Shown here in pieces: positions 52,440-62,101 of a DNA stretch of 64,000 bases. A program made the position numbers and the translations under genes. A model generated the notes under the pieces. That model made no database searches and was not told the origin of the DNA. It saw nothing but the letters and a program-made list of their open reading frames with translations. Within the stretch, counting starts at the first letter, position 1. Every line of letters begins with the position of its first letter. Source of the stretch: Chlamydiota bacterium (GTDB lineage Bacteria > Auribacterota > JACPWU01). The stretch lies in contig JACOUC010000048.1 in the NCBI GenBank assembly GCA_016178055.1, positions 425-64,424 of the forward strand, given 5' to 3'.

Positions 52440-54719
52440 ATGAAGAGATTAGTTTATATCGTATTGGCTGTGTTTGGAATTTTATCGCTGGGGTTCTCCT
52501 TTGCTCAAGAAAAGGAGAAGGTTGTAAAAAAAGTAGAGGTTGCAGGAAATCTTTCAGTCAATAAAGACCTTATTCTATCTCGTGTAAAGACGCATTCAGG
52601 AAGTGCTCTTCTCCAGTCGGACTTGGACGATGATTTAAAACGCCTTTATTCCATGGGCCATTTTTCGGATGTCGAAGTGGATGTCAAAGATGAATTCGAT
52701 GGTTTTATCGTGACCTTTGTGGTTGTTGAAAAAGCGATTGTGAAGGAAATTGTTTTTGAGGGGAATAAGGCCTTTAATGAGAAAAAGCTAAAGAAACAGA
52801 TGAAATTAAATATGGGGGATCGCATCAATGAAACTCAGCTTAAAGAAGATGTTCAGGCCATTAAAGACTTTTATAAAGATAAGGGTTATCCGAATACCAA
52901 GGTCGACTATTCTTTAAGTGTGGATAAGGAAATTGGCCATGCAGCGATTGTGATTCATGTTCAAGAAGGGGTTCGAGTCAAAGTCGATCGAGTCGCGTTT
53001 GTTGGGAATAAGGCCTTTCGTGAAAAGCGCTTGAGAAAAGTGTTGAAGACCCGTCGTCCGATTCTTTTCTTTGGAGGAAATTTCAAAGAAGATGTGTTTG
53101 AAGAGGATAAAGACCGATTGCTTGATTTCTATCGCTCTGAAGGATATATCGATGCCAAGATTGATGATGTTAAGACAAGTTATGATGCCTCTGGGAAAAA
53201 AATGACTTTAACGATTTATGTGACAGAGGGAAAACAGTATCAGGTAGGAGAAGTGGTTTTAGAAGGAAATACGACCTTTCCCTCTGCGGATATTGCAAAA
53301 CTTTTTAAGATGACCTCAGGAATTATTTTTACTCCAGATAGGCTCAAAACGGATGTGAATCAAATTCGAGATTATTATTTGTCGAAAGGTTATGTGGATG
53401 CAACGGTTCGGCCTCAAACGGTCTTAAATGAAAAAACTCAAAGGATCGATGTTCTTTATTCCATTGAAGAATTGGGTATTTCTTATTTGGATCAGATTAA
53501 GATTCGAGGCAACACTAAAACGAAAGACATTGTGATTCGTCGTGAATTGGCTGTCAAGCCGGGCGAGGTTTTTAATGGCGTCAAAGTCCGTCGCAGTCAG
53601 GAACGGTTGATGAATTTGGGATATTTTAAGACGGTTTTAATGGATATTGAGCCGACGGACCGTCCTGAAAAGAAAAATCTTTTGGTGGATGTTGAGGAAA
53701 CAAAGACAGGAGAAATTGGATTTGGCGTTGGATTTAGCTCAATTGATAATCTGATTGGATTTGTAGAAATGACTCAGAAAAATTTTGACTGGAAAAATTT
53801 TCCAACTTTTACCGGTGACGGTCAAAAATTGAGAATACGGGCTCAGGTTGGAACTAAGAGACAGGATTACACCTTGAGTTGGACAGAGCCATGGCTTTTT
53901 GATCGGCCTATTTCTTTTGGAATGGATCTTTATCGAAGGGACAGCCGTTTTTTGAGTGACGTCTACGACGAAAGAAGGACCGGAGGAGATCTTCGATTAG
54001 GGAAAAAGATTGTGGAGTTTGTAAGGGCAGATTTGACGTATAAATTAGAGGAAGATGAAATTCGACATGTCTCGGACAGTGCTTCAGATGCGATTAAACA
54101 GGAGGCAGGGACTTTTGATGTCAGCAGTATGGAATTTTCACTGACCCGGGATACACGCAATAGTCCTCTTTCAGCCACTCAAGGAATGCGTAATTCGATT
54201 AGTTTAGAGGTGGCCGGAGGTCCTTTTGGTTTTGATCGTGATTTTACAAAATATACGACCCGTAACAGTCTATATATTCCTCTTCCACTGGATTTAGTGT
54301 TGCGTTTGAGTGGTCAGGCGGGCCTCGTGGATAACTTTGGGGATTCAGATCGAGTCCCACTTTTTGAGCGTTTCTTTTTGGGAGGGGCAAACACCATTCG
54401 AGGTTTCAAATTTAGGGATGTGGGGCCTAAGGATGAAGAAGGAGAGCCCATTGGAGGTAAGTCGATGATTACGGGAAGTGCAGAGTTGACTTATCCTATT
54501 TTTGAAAAATTGAGAGGGGCCGTATTTTATGATACGGGAAATGTATACGAAGATTATGCCGATTTTGATCTGGGTGATTTAAGAACCGGTGTAGGTGTAG
54601 GATTAAGGTTAGACCTTCCTATTGGACCGATTCGGTTGGACTATGGATGGCCGATTGATCGGGATGAATTTCAGGATAGCGATGGTCGATTTGATTTTAA
54701 CATTGGATATTCATTTTAA
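52440..54719 (+). CDS. bamA: Outer membrane protein assembly factor BamA
   Basis: Signal peptide, five POTRA-like repeats, C-terminal barrel ending FNIGYSF. Confidence 0.9.
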   Translation: MKRLVYIVLAVFGILSLGFSFAQEKEKVVKKVEVAGNLSVNKDLILSRVKTHSGSALLQSDLDDDLKRLYSMGHFSDVEVDVKDEFDGFIVTFVVVEKAIVKEIVFEGNKAFNEKKLKKQMKLNMGDRINETQLKEDVQAIKDFYKDKGYPNTKVDYSLSVDKEIGHAAIVIHVQEGVRVKVDRVAFVGNKAFREKRLRKVLKTRRPILFFGGNFKEDVFEEDKDRLLDFYRSEGYIDAKIDDVKTSYDASGKKMTLTIYVTEGKQYQVGEVVLEGNTTFPSADIAKLFKMTSGIIFTPDRLKTDVNQIRDYYLSKGYVDATVRPQTVLNEKTQRIDVLYSIEELGISYLDQIKIRGNTKTKDIVIRRELAVKPGEVFNGVKVRRSQERLMNLGYFKTVLMDIEPTDRPEKKNLLVDVEETKTGEIGFGVGFSSIDNLIGFVEMTQKNFDWKNFPTFTGDGQKLRIRAQVGTKRQDYTLSWTEPWLFDRPISFGMDLYRRDSRFLSDVYDERRTGGDLRLGKKIVEFVRADLTYKLEEDEIRHVSDSASDAIKQEAGTFDVSSMEFSLTRDTRNSPLSATQGMRNSISLEVAGGPFGFDRDFTKYTTRNSLYIPLPLDLVLRLSGQAGLVDNFGDSDRVPLFERFFLGGANTIRGFKFRDVGPKDEEGEPIGGKSMITGSAELTYPIFEKLRGAVFYDTGNVYEDYADFDLGDLRTGVGVGLRLDLPIGPIRLDYGWPIDRDEFQDSDGRFDFNIGYSF

Positions 54720-54748
54720 ACTAACGATGATAAAGGAGAGAAAATCGG

Positions 54749-55312
54749 ATGAAAAAAATGGCAATGTGGGCCGCGGTGTTGTTACTAGGATGTGCTGGGG
54801 TTTCTCAAGGGGAACTTAAGATTGCTTATGTGGATGTAGAGAAGGTTTTTAATGAATATGATGTCACTAAACAAAATGATGCAAAGTTGAAAGAAGAAGG
54901 AAAAGGTAAGACCCAAGAAAGAACAGGCATGGTTGATGAGATTAAGAAGTTGAAAGATGAGGCAGAACTTTTAAGCGAAGGAGCTCGTAAAGAAAAAGAG
55001 GCCGCCATTGAAGAAAAATTGAAAACCCTTCGTGAATTTGATGAGAAAACGAAAGGGGAATTAAAAAATAAAAGAGATTATCTTCTAAAGAAAATTTTTG
55101 ACGATATTCGAGTGACCATTGAAGAAATTGGGAAAAGTGAAAAATACGATCTTATTTTTAATGATCGGGCTTTGCTTTATAAAACCGCTTCTTTCGACAT
55201 TACGGATAAAGTGACTCAAGCCATGAATGAAAAGGCAAAGAAAGAACCTGCTTCATCTGAGAAATCTTCTGAAGAAAAAGCAAAGGTGGAAGCAAAGGAA
55301 AAGAAGAAATAA
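54749..55312 (+). CDS. skp: Periplasmic chaperone Skp (OmpH family)
   Basis: Signal peptide, coiled-coil Lys/Glu-rich body, position after bamA. Confidence 0.75.
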   Translation: MKKMAMWAAVLLLGCAGVSQGELKIAYVDVEKVFNEYDVTKQNDAKLKEEGKGKTQERTGMVDEIKKLKDEAELLSEGARKEKEAAIEEKLKTLREFDEKTKGELKNKRDYLLKKIFDDIRVTIEEIGKSEKYDLIFNDRALLYKTASFDITDKVTQAMNEKAKKEPASSEKSSEEKAKVEAKEKKK

Positions 55313-55314
55313 CT

Positions 55315-55435
55315 TTAAAAATCCAAAAATCAAATATCAAAAATCAAAATGACAATCTAAAACTTAAAATGTTTCCCTTGCAATGGCACTGGAGATTTTG
55401 GATTTTGATATGTCATTTTGCATTTTGATTTTTGT
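55315..55435. repeat. Heptamer-periodic hairpin element, AAAATCA flavour, subfamily 2, inverted (F)
   Basis: The centre cttaaaatgtttcccttgcaatggcactggagat is the reverse complement of the centres at 5966-6092 and 60753-60914. Confidence 0.8.
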
Positions 55436-55450
55436 CATCATGAACTTTCA

Positions 55451-55506
55451 GTCCACCCAAGTGGATGAAAATAAAGAACATTATTGTACATTTTTTCTAT
55501 TTTCAT
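55451..55506. repeat. Inverted copy of the 22-mer plus an arm-less minimal hairpin with the family termini
   Basis: gtccacccaagtggatgaaaat (55451-55472) is the exact reverse complement of 50981-51002. atgaaaat...attttcat (55465-55506) encloses only ~26 nt. Confidence 0.7.
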
Positions 55507-55526
55507 GACTGGATTTTAAATTAAAA

Positions 55527-55558
55527 ATGAAAATAGCTATAGGTTGTAAGTTGTAAGT
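55527..55558. repeat. Truncated element, GTAAG flavour (T2)
   Basis: atgaaaatag - ctatagg|ttgtaag|ttgtaag. No complementary arm before lpxD. Confidence 0.5.
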
Positions 55559-55610
55559 AAAAAATAATATGTAGGAAAATAATATGCAGGGTAGAGAAGA
55601 GAGAAATAGA

Positions 55611-56639
55611 ATGGTTTTTACACTCAAAGAACTCACAGAACTCGTTGATGGACGTTTAATTGGAGATGGACAGATTTCCATTAAAGGAGTTAGTGGAATT
55701 AAAGAAGCTCAAGAAGGCGATATTACCTTTCTTGCAAATTTGAAATATCTTCCTTTTTTAGATGGGACACAGGCAAGTGCTGTCATCTTGGGTGAGGACA
55801 TTTCTTTTAATGGGAAAAGGCCGCTCATCATTTGTAAAAATCCCTCTCTTGCCTTTTCAAAGGTTGTTGAAAAATTAAAACCATCAACGAATGGGTTTCA
55901 TAAGGGAATTCATTCTACTGCTGTTATAGGAGAGCGTGTTCAGTTAGGGAAAGATGTTTCTGTGGGTCCTCATGCGGTGATTGAGGATGAGATCTCGATA
56001 GGTGATCAGACCGTTATAGGTGCAGGTTCTTTTGTGGGATATGGTTCTCATATTGGGAGGGAAACTTTGATCTATCCTCATGTGACGGTTCGTGAGGGAA
56101 CTCAAATAGGTGCTCGCGTGATTATTCATAGTGGGACAGTGATTGGCAGCGATGGTTTTGGATTTGAAACAGTGAATGGGGTTCATCACAAAATTCCTCA
56201 AGTTGGAGTTGTTGTGATTGAGGATGATGTTGAAATAGGTGCAAATGTAACCGTTGACCGTGCGCGTTTTGGAAAGACGATGATTAAAAAGGGAACTAAA
56301 ATTGATAATTTGGTCCAGGTGGCCCACAATGTTGAGATTGGTGAGCATTGTTTGATCGTCGCACAGGTTGGAATTTCTGGAACGACTAAGATTGGGCATC
56401 ATGTGATCATTGGCGGCCAAGCAGGGCTTGTGGGACATGTTGAAGTAGGAGAGGGTTCGATTTTAGCTGCTAAAACGGGAATTTCTAAAGATGTACCCAA
56501 AGGGTCTATCATGTGGGGAAGTCCAGCCCTTCCCATTCAAGAAGAAAAGAAAAACATTGCCTATGTGCGTCGTTTAGGAAAGATGTTTGAAAAAATAAAA
56601 GAATTAGAAAAAAGAATTCAGGCTTTTGAAGGGAAATAA
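55611..56639 (+). CDS. lpxD: UDP-3-O-acylglucosamine N-acyltransferase
   Basis: MVFTLKELTELVDGRLIGDG N-terminus, hexapeptide beta-helix. Alternative start at 55584. Confidence 0.85.
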   Translation: MVFTLKELTELVDGRLIGDGQISIKGVSGIKEAQEGDITFLANLKYLPFLDGTQASAVILGEDISFNGKRPLIICKNPSLAFSKVVEKLKPSTNGFHKGIHSTAVIGERVQLGKDVSVGPHAVIEDEISIGDQTVIGAGSFVGYGSHIGRETLIYPHVTVREGTQIGARVIIHSGTVIGSDGFGFETVNGVHHKIPQVGVVVIEDDVEIGANVTVDRARFGKTMIKKGTKIDNLVQVAHNVEIGEHCLIVAQVGISGTTKIGHHVIIGGQAGLVGHVEVGEGSILAAKTGISKDVPKGSIMWGSPALPIQEEKKNIAYVRRLGKMFEKIKELEKRIQAFEGK

Positions 56640-56643
56640 CGTC

Positions 56644-57513
56644 ATGTTTCAGCGGCAGAAGACGATTAAAAAGAAGGTAAGTTATTCGGGTATTGCCCTT
56701 CATACGGGCAATAAGACACGCGTTTCTTTTCTTCCGGCCCCTCATAATTATGGAATTGAGTTTGTTCGAATCGATCTTGCGAATCGTCCTGTCGTTAAAG
56801 CCAAACTTGAAAATGTAACAGGAGTAACGAGGGGAACAACGATTGAGGAAAATGGGGTGAAGGTTCATACCGTTGAACATGTCCTGGCGGCCCTCATGGG
56901 ATGCGGCATTGACAATCTGATCATTGAAATGGAGGCCAATGAACCTCCGGTTGCCGATGGCAGTTCTCTGGCTTTTGTTGAAATGATTAAGGAGGCAGGG
57001 ATTCAAGAACAGTCTTCTCCTAAAAAAAGTTTAAAGCTGATGAGACCGATTTATTATGAAGAAGGGGGAGCCAGTCTCGTTGCTCTTCCTTACGAAGGCT
57101 GCAGGATTTCTTTCACCCTTTCTTATAAAGATACGAGGATTAAGGATCAATATTATACCGTTGAGGTGAATGAGGAAAATTTTATTAAGGAAATTGCTCC
57201 GTGCCGCACCTTTTGTTTTTACCATGAAGTTGAGTATTTGATGAAAGAGGGATTGATCAAAGGGGGTAGCCTGGACAATGCAGTTGTGGTGGGACGAGAT
57301 GCTATTTTTAGTAAAGAGAAACTTCGTTTTCCTGATGAATGTGTTCGTCATAAAATTTTAGATATCATTGGCGACCTCTATCTTTTAGGTAAACCGTTTA
57401 AGGCCCATGTCATTGCAATTAAGTCAGGGCATGCCATGAATTTTGAATTTGCAAAACGGTTGTTAGGGACTTTGACCCAAGAAGACCTGATTCACGAGTT
57501 TGTAACTTCTTAA
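56644..57513 (+). CDS. lpxC: UDP-3-O-acyl-GlcNAc deacetylase
   Basis: SGIALHTG, HTVEHVLAAL, HKILDIIGDL. Confidence 0.9.
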   Translation: MFQRQKTIKKKVSYSGIALHTGNKTRVSFLPAPHNYGIEFVRIDLANRPVVKAKLENVTGVTRGTTIEENGVKVHTVEHVLAALMGCGIDNLIIEMEANEPPVADGSSLAFVEMIKEAGIQEQSSPKKSLKLMRPIYYEEGGASLVALPYEGCRISFTLSYKDTRIKDQYYTVEVNEENFIKEIAPCRTFCFYHEVEYLMKEGLIKGGSLDNAVVVGRDAIFSKEKLRFPDECVRHKILDIIGDLYLLGKPFKAHVIAIKSGHAMNFEFAKRLLGTLTQEDLIHEFVTS

Positions 57514-57555
57514 AAAACGATAGAAACTTACTTCTAAACAAGGCGAGGTCAATTT

Positions 57556-58020
57556 ATGGAAGTTCTTCTTGATAATGTGGCCATTCAGAACATCTTACCT
57601 CATCGTTATCCTTTCCTTTTAGTCGATCGAATTTTGGAGATGGATGATGAAACTGGAAAAGTGATTGGCCTCAAGAATGTGACCCTAAATGAGAGTTTTT
57701 TTGTCGGACATTTTCCAGGCCATCCCGTGATGCCAGGGGTCTTGATTATAGAATCCATGGCCCAAGTGGCAGGGGTTCTTTTATTGAGTAAGGCGGAGCA
57801 GAAAGGAAAACTTGCTTATTTTACAGCGATCGACAATGCGAGATTCCGAAAGGTCGTTGTTCCAGGGGATCAATTGAGAATGGAAGTTCAGTTGACGCGG
57901 TGTCGAAGCAAAACCGGGGTTGTTCAAGGAAAAGCTTTTGTAGGAGATCAACTTGCTGCTGAAGCCGATTTGATGTTTGCGTTAGTAGGGAGAACCGAAA
58001 CAACAGCTGCAAAGGTTTGA
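57556..58020 (+). CDS. fabZ: 3-hydroxyacyl-ACP dehydratase
   Basis: LPHRYPFLLVDRI, FFVGHFPGHPVMPGVL. Confidence 0.9.
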   Translation: MEVLLDNVAIQNILPHRYPFLLVDRILEMDDETGKVIGLKNVTLNESFFVGHFPGHPVMPGVLIIESMAQVAGVLLLSKAEQKGKLAYFTAIDNARFRKVVVPGDQLRMEVQLTRCRSKTGVVQGKAFVGDQLAAEADLMFALVGRTETTAAKV

Positions 58021-58023
58021 ATT

Positions 58024-58794
58024 ATGCCGATTGATCCGAGGGCGGTGATTGATCCAACCGCTAAAATTGCCCCGAATGTAGAGATGGGTCCTTTTACTGT
58101 GGTGGGGCCAAATTCTGAAATTGCCTCGGGTTGTCGCATTGATTCTCATGTGGTCATTGGTCAAGATACCTTTATCGGTCCCGATGTACGCATTTACCCT
58201 TGGGCTTCTGTGGGGAGTGATTCCCAAGATAAAAAGTTTAAAGGTGAAAAAGTTTATGCCCGCATTGGTGCAAGGACGGTCATTCGTGAATTTGTAACCA
58301 TTAATCGTGGGACAGGGGAGGGGACCCAGACCGTTATTGGCGAAGATTGTTTGATTATGGCTTATGCCCACGTCGCTCATAATTGTAGGGTGGGTAATCA
58401 CGTGATTTTAGCAAATGTAGGAACTTTGGCAGGACATGTTGAAATTGAGGATGGGGCTGTGGTTGGTGGGCTTGTTGCGATCCATCAATTTTGTCGAATC
58501 GGAGCTCTTTCGATTATTGGAGGTTGCTCAAAAGTGGTTCAAGATGTTCCGCCCTTTTCCATGACAGATGGTCACCCTGCTATTGTGAGGACGATCAATT
58601 CAGTGGGTTTGACTCGAAAGGGAATAAGTCAGGATTTACAAAATCATATTAAAAAGGCATTTAAAATTCTTTTTCGATCAGGCTTAACCATCACCCATGC
58701 TATTAAAAAGGTTGAAGAAGAAATTCCCTCCTCCCCAGAGATTCACCATCTGATTGAGTTTATCCGAAAGGCTGAACGAGGCATTTGCCGCTGA
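58024..58794 (+). CDS. lpxA: Acyl-ACP--UDP-GlcNAc O-acyltransferase
   Basis: Hexapeptide repeats plus a C-terminal helical domain. Position after fabZ. Confidence 0.9.
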   Translation: MPIDPRAVIDPTAKIAPNVEMGPFTVVGPNSEIASGCRIDSHVVIGQDTFIGPDVRIYPWASVGSDSQDKKFKGEKVYARIGARTVIREFVTINRGTGEGTQTVIGEDCLIMAYAHVAHNCRVGNHVILANVGTLAGHVEIEDGAVVGGLVAIHQFCRIGALSIIGGCSKVVQDVPPFSMTDGHPAIVRTINSVGLTRKGISQDLQNHIKKAFKILFRSGLTITHAIKKVEEEIPSSPEIHHLIEFIRKAERGICR

Positions 58795-58795
58795 G

Positions 58796-58896
58796 TGAAT
58801 AAAAAGAGTCTACGGTCCACTGTCTATAGTCCATAGAAATAAACGATTTCCTTGAAACTGTCGACTGTGGACTGTGGACTGTGGACTCGTTTTCAT
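58796..58896. repeat. Heptamer-periodic hairpin element, GTCNACN flavour (G4)
   Basis: aataaaaagag - tctacgg|tccactg|tctatag|tccatag - core aaataaacgatttccttgaaa (58837-58857) - ctgtcga|ctgtgga|ctgtgga|ctgtgga - ctcgttttcat. Confidence 0.85.
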
Positions 58897-59758
58897 GCGT
58901 TTCAAACTTTTTTTAAAGGATGTTTGTAATGTGAACTCTTTAGCCATCATTGCAGGAAATCGTGACTTCCCTATCCTTGTGGCTCGTCAAGCTCGAGGAG
59001 AAGGGGTTCAAACCATTTTAGGAATAGGGTTTTCTGGAATCACTTCTCCTGAATTATCTCAAGCAGTCGACAGAATGGTCTGGATGGGTCTTGGGCAGCT
59101 TGGAAAAATGAAAAAGATTTTAAAAGATGCGGGGATTCGTGAATTGGTGATGGCTGGACAAATTCCTCATCGACTGACTCTAAGGTCTTTAAAATTTGAT
59201 TTAGAGGGCTTAAAATTTTTTAAAGCAATTAAAGAAAAAAATGCGCGGACTCTTCTGGGTGGGCTTGTTTTAGAATTAGAGAGGGAAGGTTTTCAATTCC
59301 TTGATTCGACTCAATTTCTGACTCAATCCCTTGTGAAAAAAGGGGTTTTGACTTCTAAAAAACCAACTCAAAATCAATATCAAGATTTGTCTTATGGGTG
59401 GAAGGTCGCAAAGGTTTTGGCCGATCTTGAGGCAGGCCAAACCGTGGTGGTGAAGTCAGGGGTTCTTATTGCCTTAGAGGGATTAGAAGGAACGGATGAG
59501 GCCATTTTAAGAGGGGGCGCTTTGGCTGGCAAGGGAACGACGGTTGTAAAAGTAGCTCGTTCTCGTCAGGATATGAGATATGATATTCCGGTTGTTGGTT
59601 TAGAAACTTTGCAGGTTCTCCAAAAAATTAAATCTGCTGTACTAGGTCTTGAAGCTGGAAAGACGCTTCTTTTGGATCAGGAAGAATTTTTTGAAAGGGC
59701 TCATAAAATGGGTTTAATTGTCGTTGGGATGGTCCCACCACCTCCGGCCGACCCTTGA
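58895..59758 (+). CDS. lpxI: UDP-2,3-diacylglucosamine pyrophosphatase LpxI (DUF1009)
   Basis: LAIIAGNRDFPILVA N-terminus, typical of LpxI. Lies between lpxA and lpxB. The true start may be GTG 58931. Confidence 0.7.
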   Translation: MRFKLFLKDVCNVNSLAIIAGNRDFPILVARQARGEGVQTILGIGFSGITSPELSQAVDRMVWMGLGQLGKMKKILKDAGIRELVMAGQIPHRLTLRSLKFDLEGLKFFKAIKEKNARTLLGGLVLELEREGFQFLDSTQFLTQSLVKKGVLTSKKPTQNQYQDLSYGWKVAKVLADLEAGQTVVVKSGVLIALEGLEGTDEAILRGGALAGKGTTVVKVARSRQDMRYDIPVVGLETLQVLQKIKSAVLGLEAGKTLLLDQEEFFERAHKMGLIVVGMVPPPPADP

Positions 59759-59805
59759 GGGGCGATGGAATATGATAGCGCAATTACTTTGTTTTGTAGA
59801 ATTAA

Positions 59806-59822
59806 GCCCGCCTTTGGCGGGC
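59806..59822. repeat. GC mini-hairpin
   Basis: gcccgcc-tttg-gcgggc, the same type as 43066-43085 and 60863-60893. Confidence 0.6.
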
Positions 59823-59837
59823 CTCGGAGGTGGTGGG

Positions 59838-60752
59838 ATGAAAACACTTAAAGTTGCTGTAGTAGGGGTGGGCTATTTGGGAAAGGAACATGCTCGAATC
59901 TATAGCCAACTTTCTTCTGTCGAGCTTATAGGCCTTGTTGATATTGATTTTGAAAAGGTCTCTAAAATAGCCCATCGTTATGGGACTCAAGCTTATCCCA
60001 ATTGTGAAGCTTTGCCTCCAGGAATTGATTTAGTCAGTGTGGCTGTTCCAACGGTGGAACATTTTCATGTTGCCGATACCCTTTTGGAAAAAGGGGTTCA
60101 TGTCCTGGTCGAAAAACCGATTGCTCAAACGATTGAGCAGGCTTCTCGCCTTGTTGAAAAGGCAAGAGCGAAAGGTCTTGTTTTTCAAGTGGGACACATC
60201 GAGCGCTATAATCCTGCATTTAAAGCACTCGAAGGAATTTTAGACAAGCCACGTTTCATTGAGTGCCATCGTTTAAGTCCTTTTCCTGAGCGTGGGACAG
60301 ACGTTGGTGTTGTGTTAGATCTCATGATTCATGATATTGAAGCGGTTCTTCATTTGGTTCGTTCTCCTTTGAAAGAAATTCGTGCAGTGGGTGTTCCGGT
60401 TTTAAGCCCCTATGAAGATATTGCGAATGCGAGGCTCGAATTCGAAAATGGATGCATTGCAAATTTAACGACGAGTCGTATTTCAATTGAGAAGATGAGG
60501 AAGATTCGGGTTTTTCAAGCCAATGCCTATATCTCTCTTGATTATTTTAAGCAAGAAGGAAAAATTTATCATAAAGAAGGACAAAAAATTACTTGTCAGC
60601 CTATTCCTTTTGAAAAGGCAGAACCTCTCCAATTGGAAATTGCTTCTTTTGTCGATTGTGTGAAACATCAGAAAAATCCTTTAGTCTCTGGAGAGCATGG
60701 AAAACAGGCTTTGGAAGTTGCCATGGAAGTGTTAAAGATGATTAAATCATGA
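59838..60752 (+). CDS. Gfo/Idh/MocA family NAD(P)-dependent oxidoreductase
   Basis: Rossmann N-terminus MKTLKVAVVGVGYLGKEHA, EKP motif VLVEKPIA. RBS ggaggtgg. Confidence 0.75.
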   Translation: MKTLKVAVVGVGYLGKEHARIYSQLSSVELIGLVDIDFEKVSKIAHRYGTQAYPNCEALPPGIDLVSVAVPTVEHFHVADTLLEKGVHVLVEKPIAQTIEQASRLVEKARAKGLVFQVGHIERYNPAFKALEGILDKPRFIECHRLSPFPERGTDVGVVLDLMIHDIEAVLHLVRSPLKEIRAVGVPVLSPYEDIANARLEFENGCIANLTTSRISIEKMRKIRVFQANAYISLDYFKQEGKIYHKEGQKITCQPIPFEKAEPLQLEIASFVDCVKHQKNPLVSGEHGKQALEVAMEVLKMIKS

Positions 60753-60914
60753 AAATTCAAAATCCAAAAATCAAAATGCAAAATGACATATTAAAATCCA
60801 AAATTTCTAATGCTATTGCATGGGAGACATTTTAAATTTTACATTGTCCGACAAGATTTTTGCCGCCTGTGGCGAGCCACGCCCTTGGGCGGGATGTTTG
60901 ATTTTTGGATTTTT
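60753..60914. repeat. Heptamer-periodic hairpin element, AAAATCA flavour, subfamily 2 (E), carrying a nested 31-nt GC hairpin
   Basis: Collinear with 5966-6092 except for ccgcctgtggcgagccacgcccttgggcggg (60863-60893), inserted between atttttg and atgtttg. Confidence 0.85.
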
Positions 60915-60970
60915 CATAATTGAATTTATTTTATCTTCGCTCGCGTTGGTATGGACCCATGGATGGTACT

Positions 60971-62101
60971 ATGAAAATCATGATTATTGCAGGAGAGCCC
61001 TCTGGAGACCAGATTGGGGCTCTTTTGGCTCAGGCTTTGAGGAAGGAAAACCCGCATTTGAAACTTGAGGGGCTGGGGGGAGAAATGATGAAGGAGGCCG
61101 GTGTCCAGATTTTAGAGGATATAACAAAATGGGCAGTGGTCGGTCTTTTTGAGGTTTTTAAAAACTATTGGAATTTTAAAAAAGTTTTTCGTCTTATTTG
61201 TGAACGGCTGGATGAGGAACGACCTCAAGGGGTTGTCCTGATTGACTTTCCAGGCTTTAATTTAAGATTGGCGAAAGTTATTCGCCAAAAGGGCATTCGG
61301 GTGATTTATTATGTTAGTCCTCAAATTTGGGCGTGGGGGAAGCGAAGGATTAAGACAATTCTTAACACGGTTCATCGAATGTTAGTGATTTTACCTTTTG
61401 AAGAGGCCTTTTATAAAGCTTCGGGAGTTAGCGTTAATTTTGTGGGGCATCCATTAGTCGATTTCTATGAGACTTATAGGAACAAACTCGATTTGAAAAA
61501 GGATTTGAATTTAGCTGGGAGAGATCCCATCATTGCCATTCTTCCAGGGAGTCGGGTGAATGAGATTGAAAAACATTGGGAAACACTTTCTAAGGCTACG
61601 GATCGGGTACGAGAAAAACACCCCAATGCTCATTTTGTGATTCCTTGTGCGACCAGGCCTATTTATGAGACACTCTCTAAAAAGTTGGAACAACATTTAT
61701 TTATTCATCTCTATCAAAATGGGATGAAAGAATGTCTAGTGGCCTCAAGGCTTGCCTGGGTTTGTTCAGGGACAGCCACTTTGGAAACAGCTTTCTTAGG
61801 AGTTCCTATGATTGTCTTCTATAAAATTTTTGGATTGACGGCTTTCTTGATCCGTCGGTTGATTCGGGTTCCCTTTGTCGGGTTGGTTAATTTAGTTGCA
61901 GACAAGAAAATTGTGCCGGAGCTCTTACAACAAGATTTTAATCCGGAAATGCTTTCAAAAACGACGGAAGAATTTTTGTCTCATCCTGCCTTGCTGGATC
62001 AAATCATCATAGAGGAAGGCCATGTCCGAGACCGTTTAGGTCCTCCAGGGGCCAGCAAAAGGGCGGCCCTGATGATTCTAGAGGAGGTGAGTGCTGCATG
62101 A
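60971..62101 (+). CDS. lpxB: Lipid-A-disaccharide synthase
   Basis: MKIMIIAGEPSGD N-terminus, GT19 pattern. Confidence 0.85.
   Translation: MKIMIIAGEPSGDQIGALLAQALRKENPHLKLEGLGGEMMKEAGVQILEDITKWAVVGLFEVFKNYWNFKKVFRLICERLDEERPQGVVLIDFPGFNLRLAKVIRQKGIRVIYYVSPQIWAWGKRRIKTILNTVHRMLVILPFEEAFYKASGVSVNFVGHPLVDFYETYRNKLDLKKDLNLAGRDPIIAILPGSRVNEIEKHWETLSKATDRVREKHPNAHFVIPCATRPIYETLSKKLEQHLFIHLYQNGMKECLVASRLAWVCSGTATLETAFLGVPMIVFYKIFGLTAFLIRRLIRVPFVGLVNLVADKKIVPELLQQDFNPEMLSKTTEEFLSHPALLDQIIIEEGHVRDRLGPPGASKRAALMILEEVSAA

Noticed and set aside
55944-58401. Long antisense ORFs inside lpxD, lpxC and lpxA (55944-56438, 56509-57006, 57031-57351, 57982-58401)
   Set aside because: These are shadow ORFs opposite well-supported genes. 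Hexapeptide-repeat genes in particular commonly generate them. None has an RBS.
59838-60752. Calling the oxidoreductase GnnA
   Set aside because: Only family-level similarity is visible and no GnnB partner lies in the window. The generic Gfo/Idh/MocA call is kept.
60820-61068. Tracked 82-aa plus-strand ORF
   Set aside because: It starts inside the AT-flavour repeat and its nested GC hairpin. It overlaps the real lpxB start in another frame.
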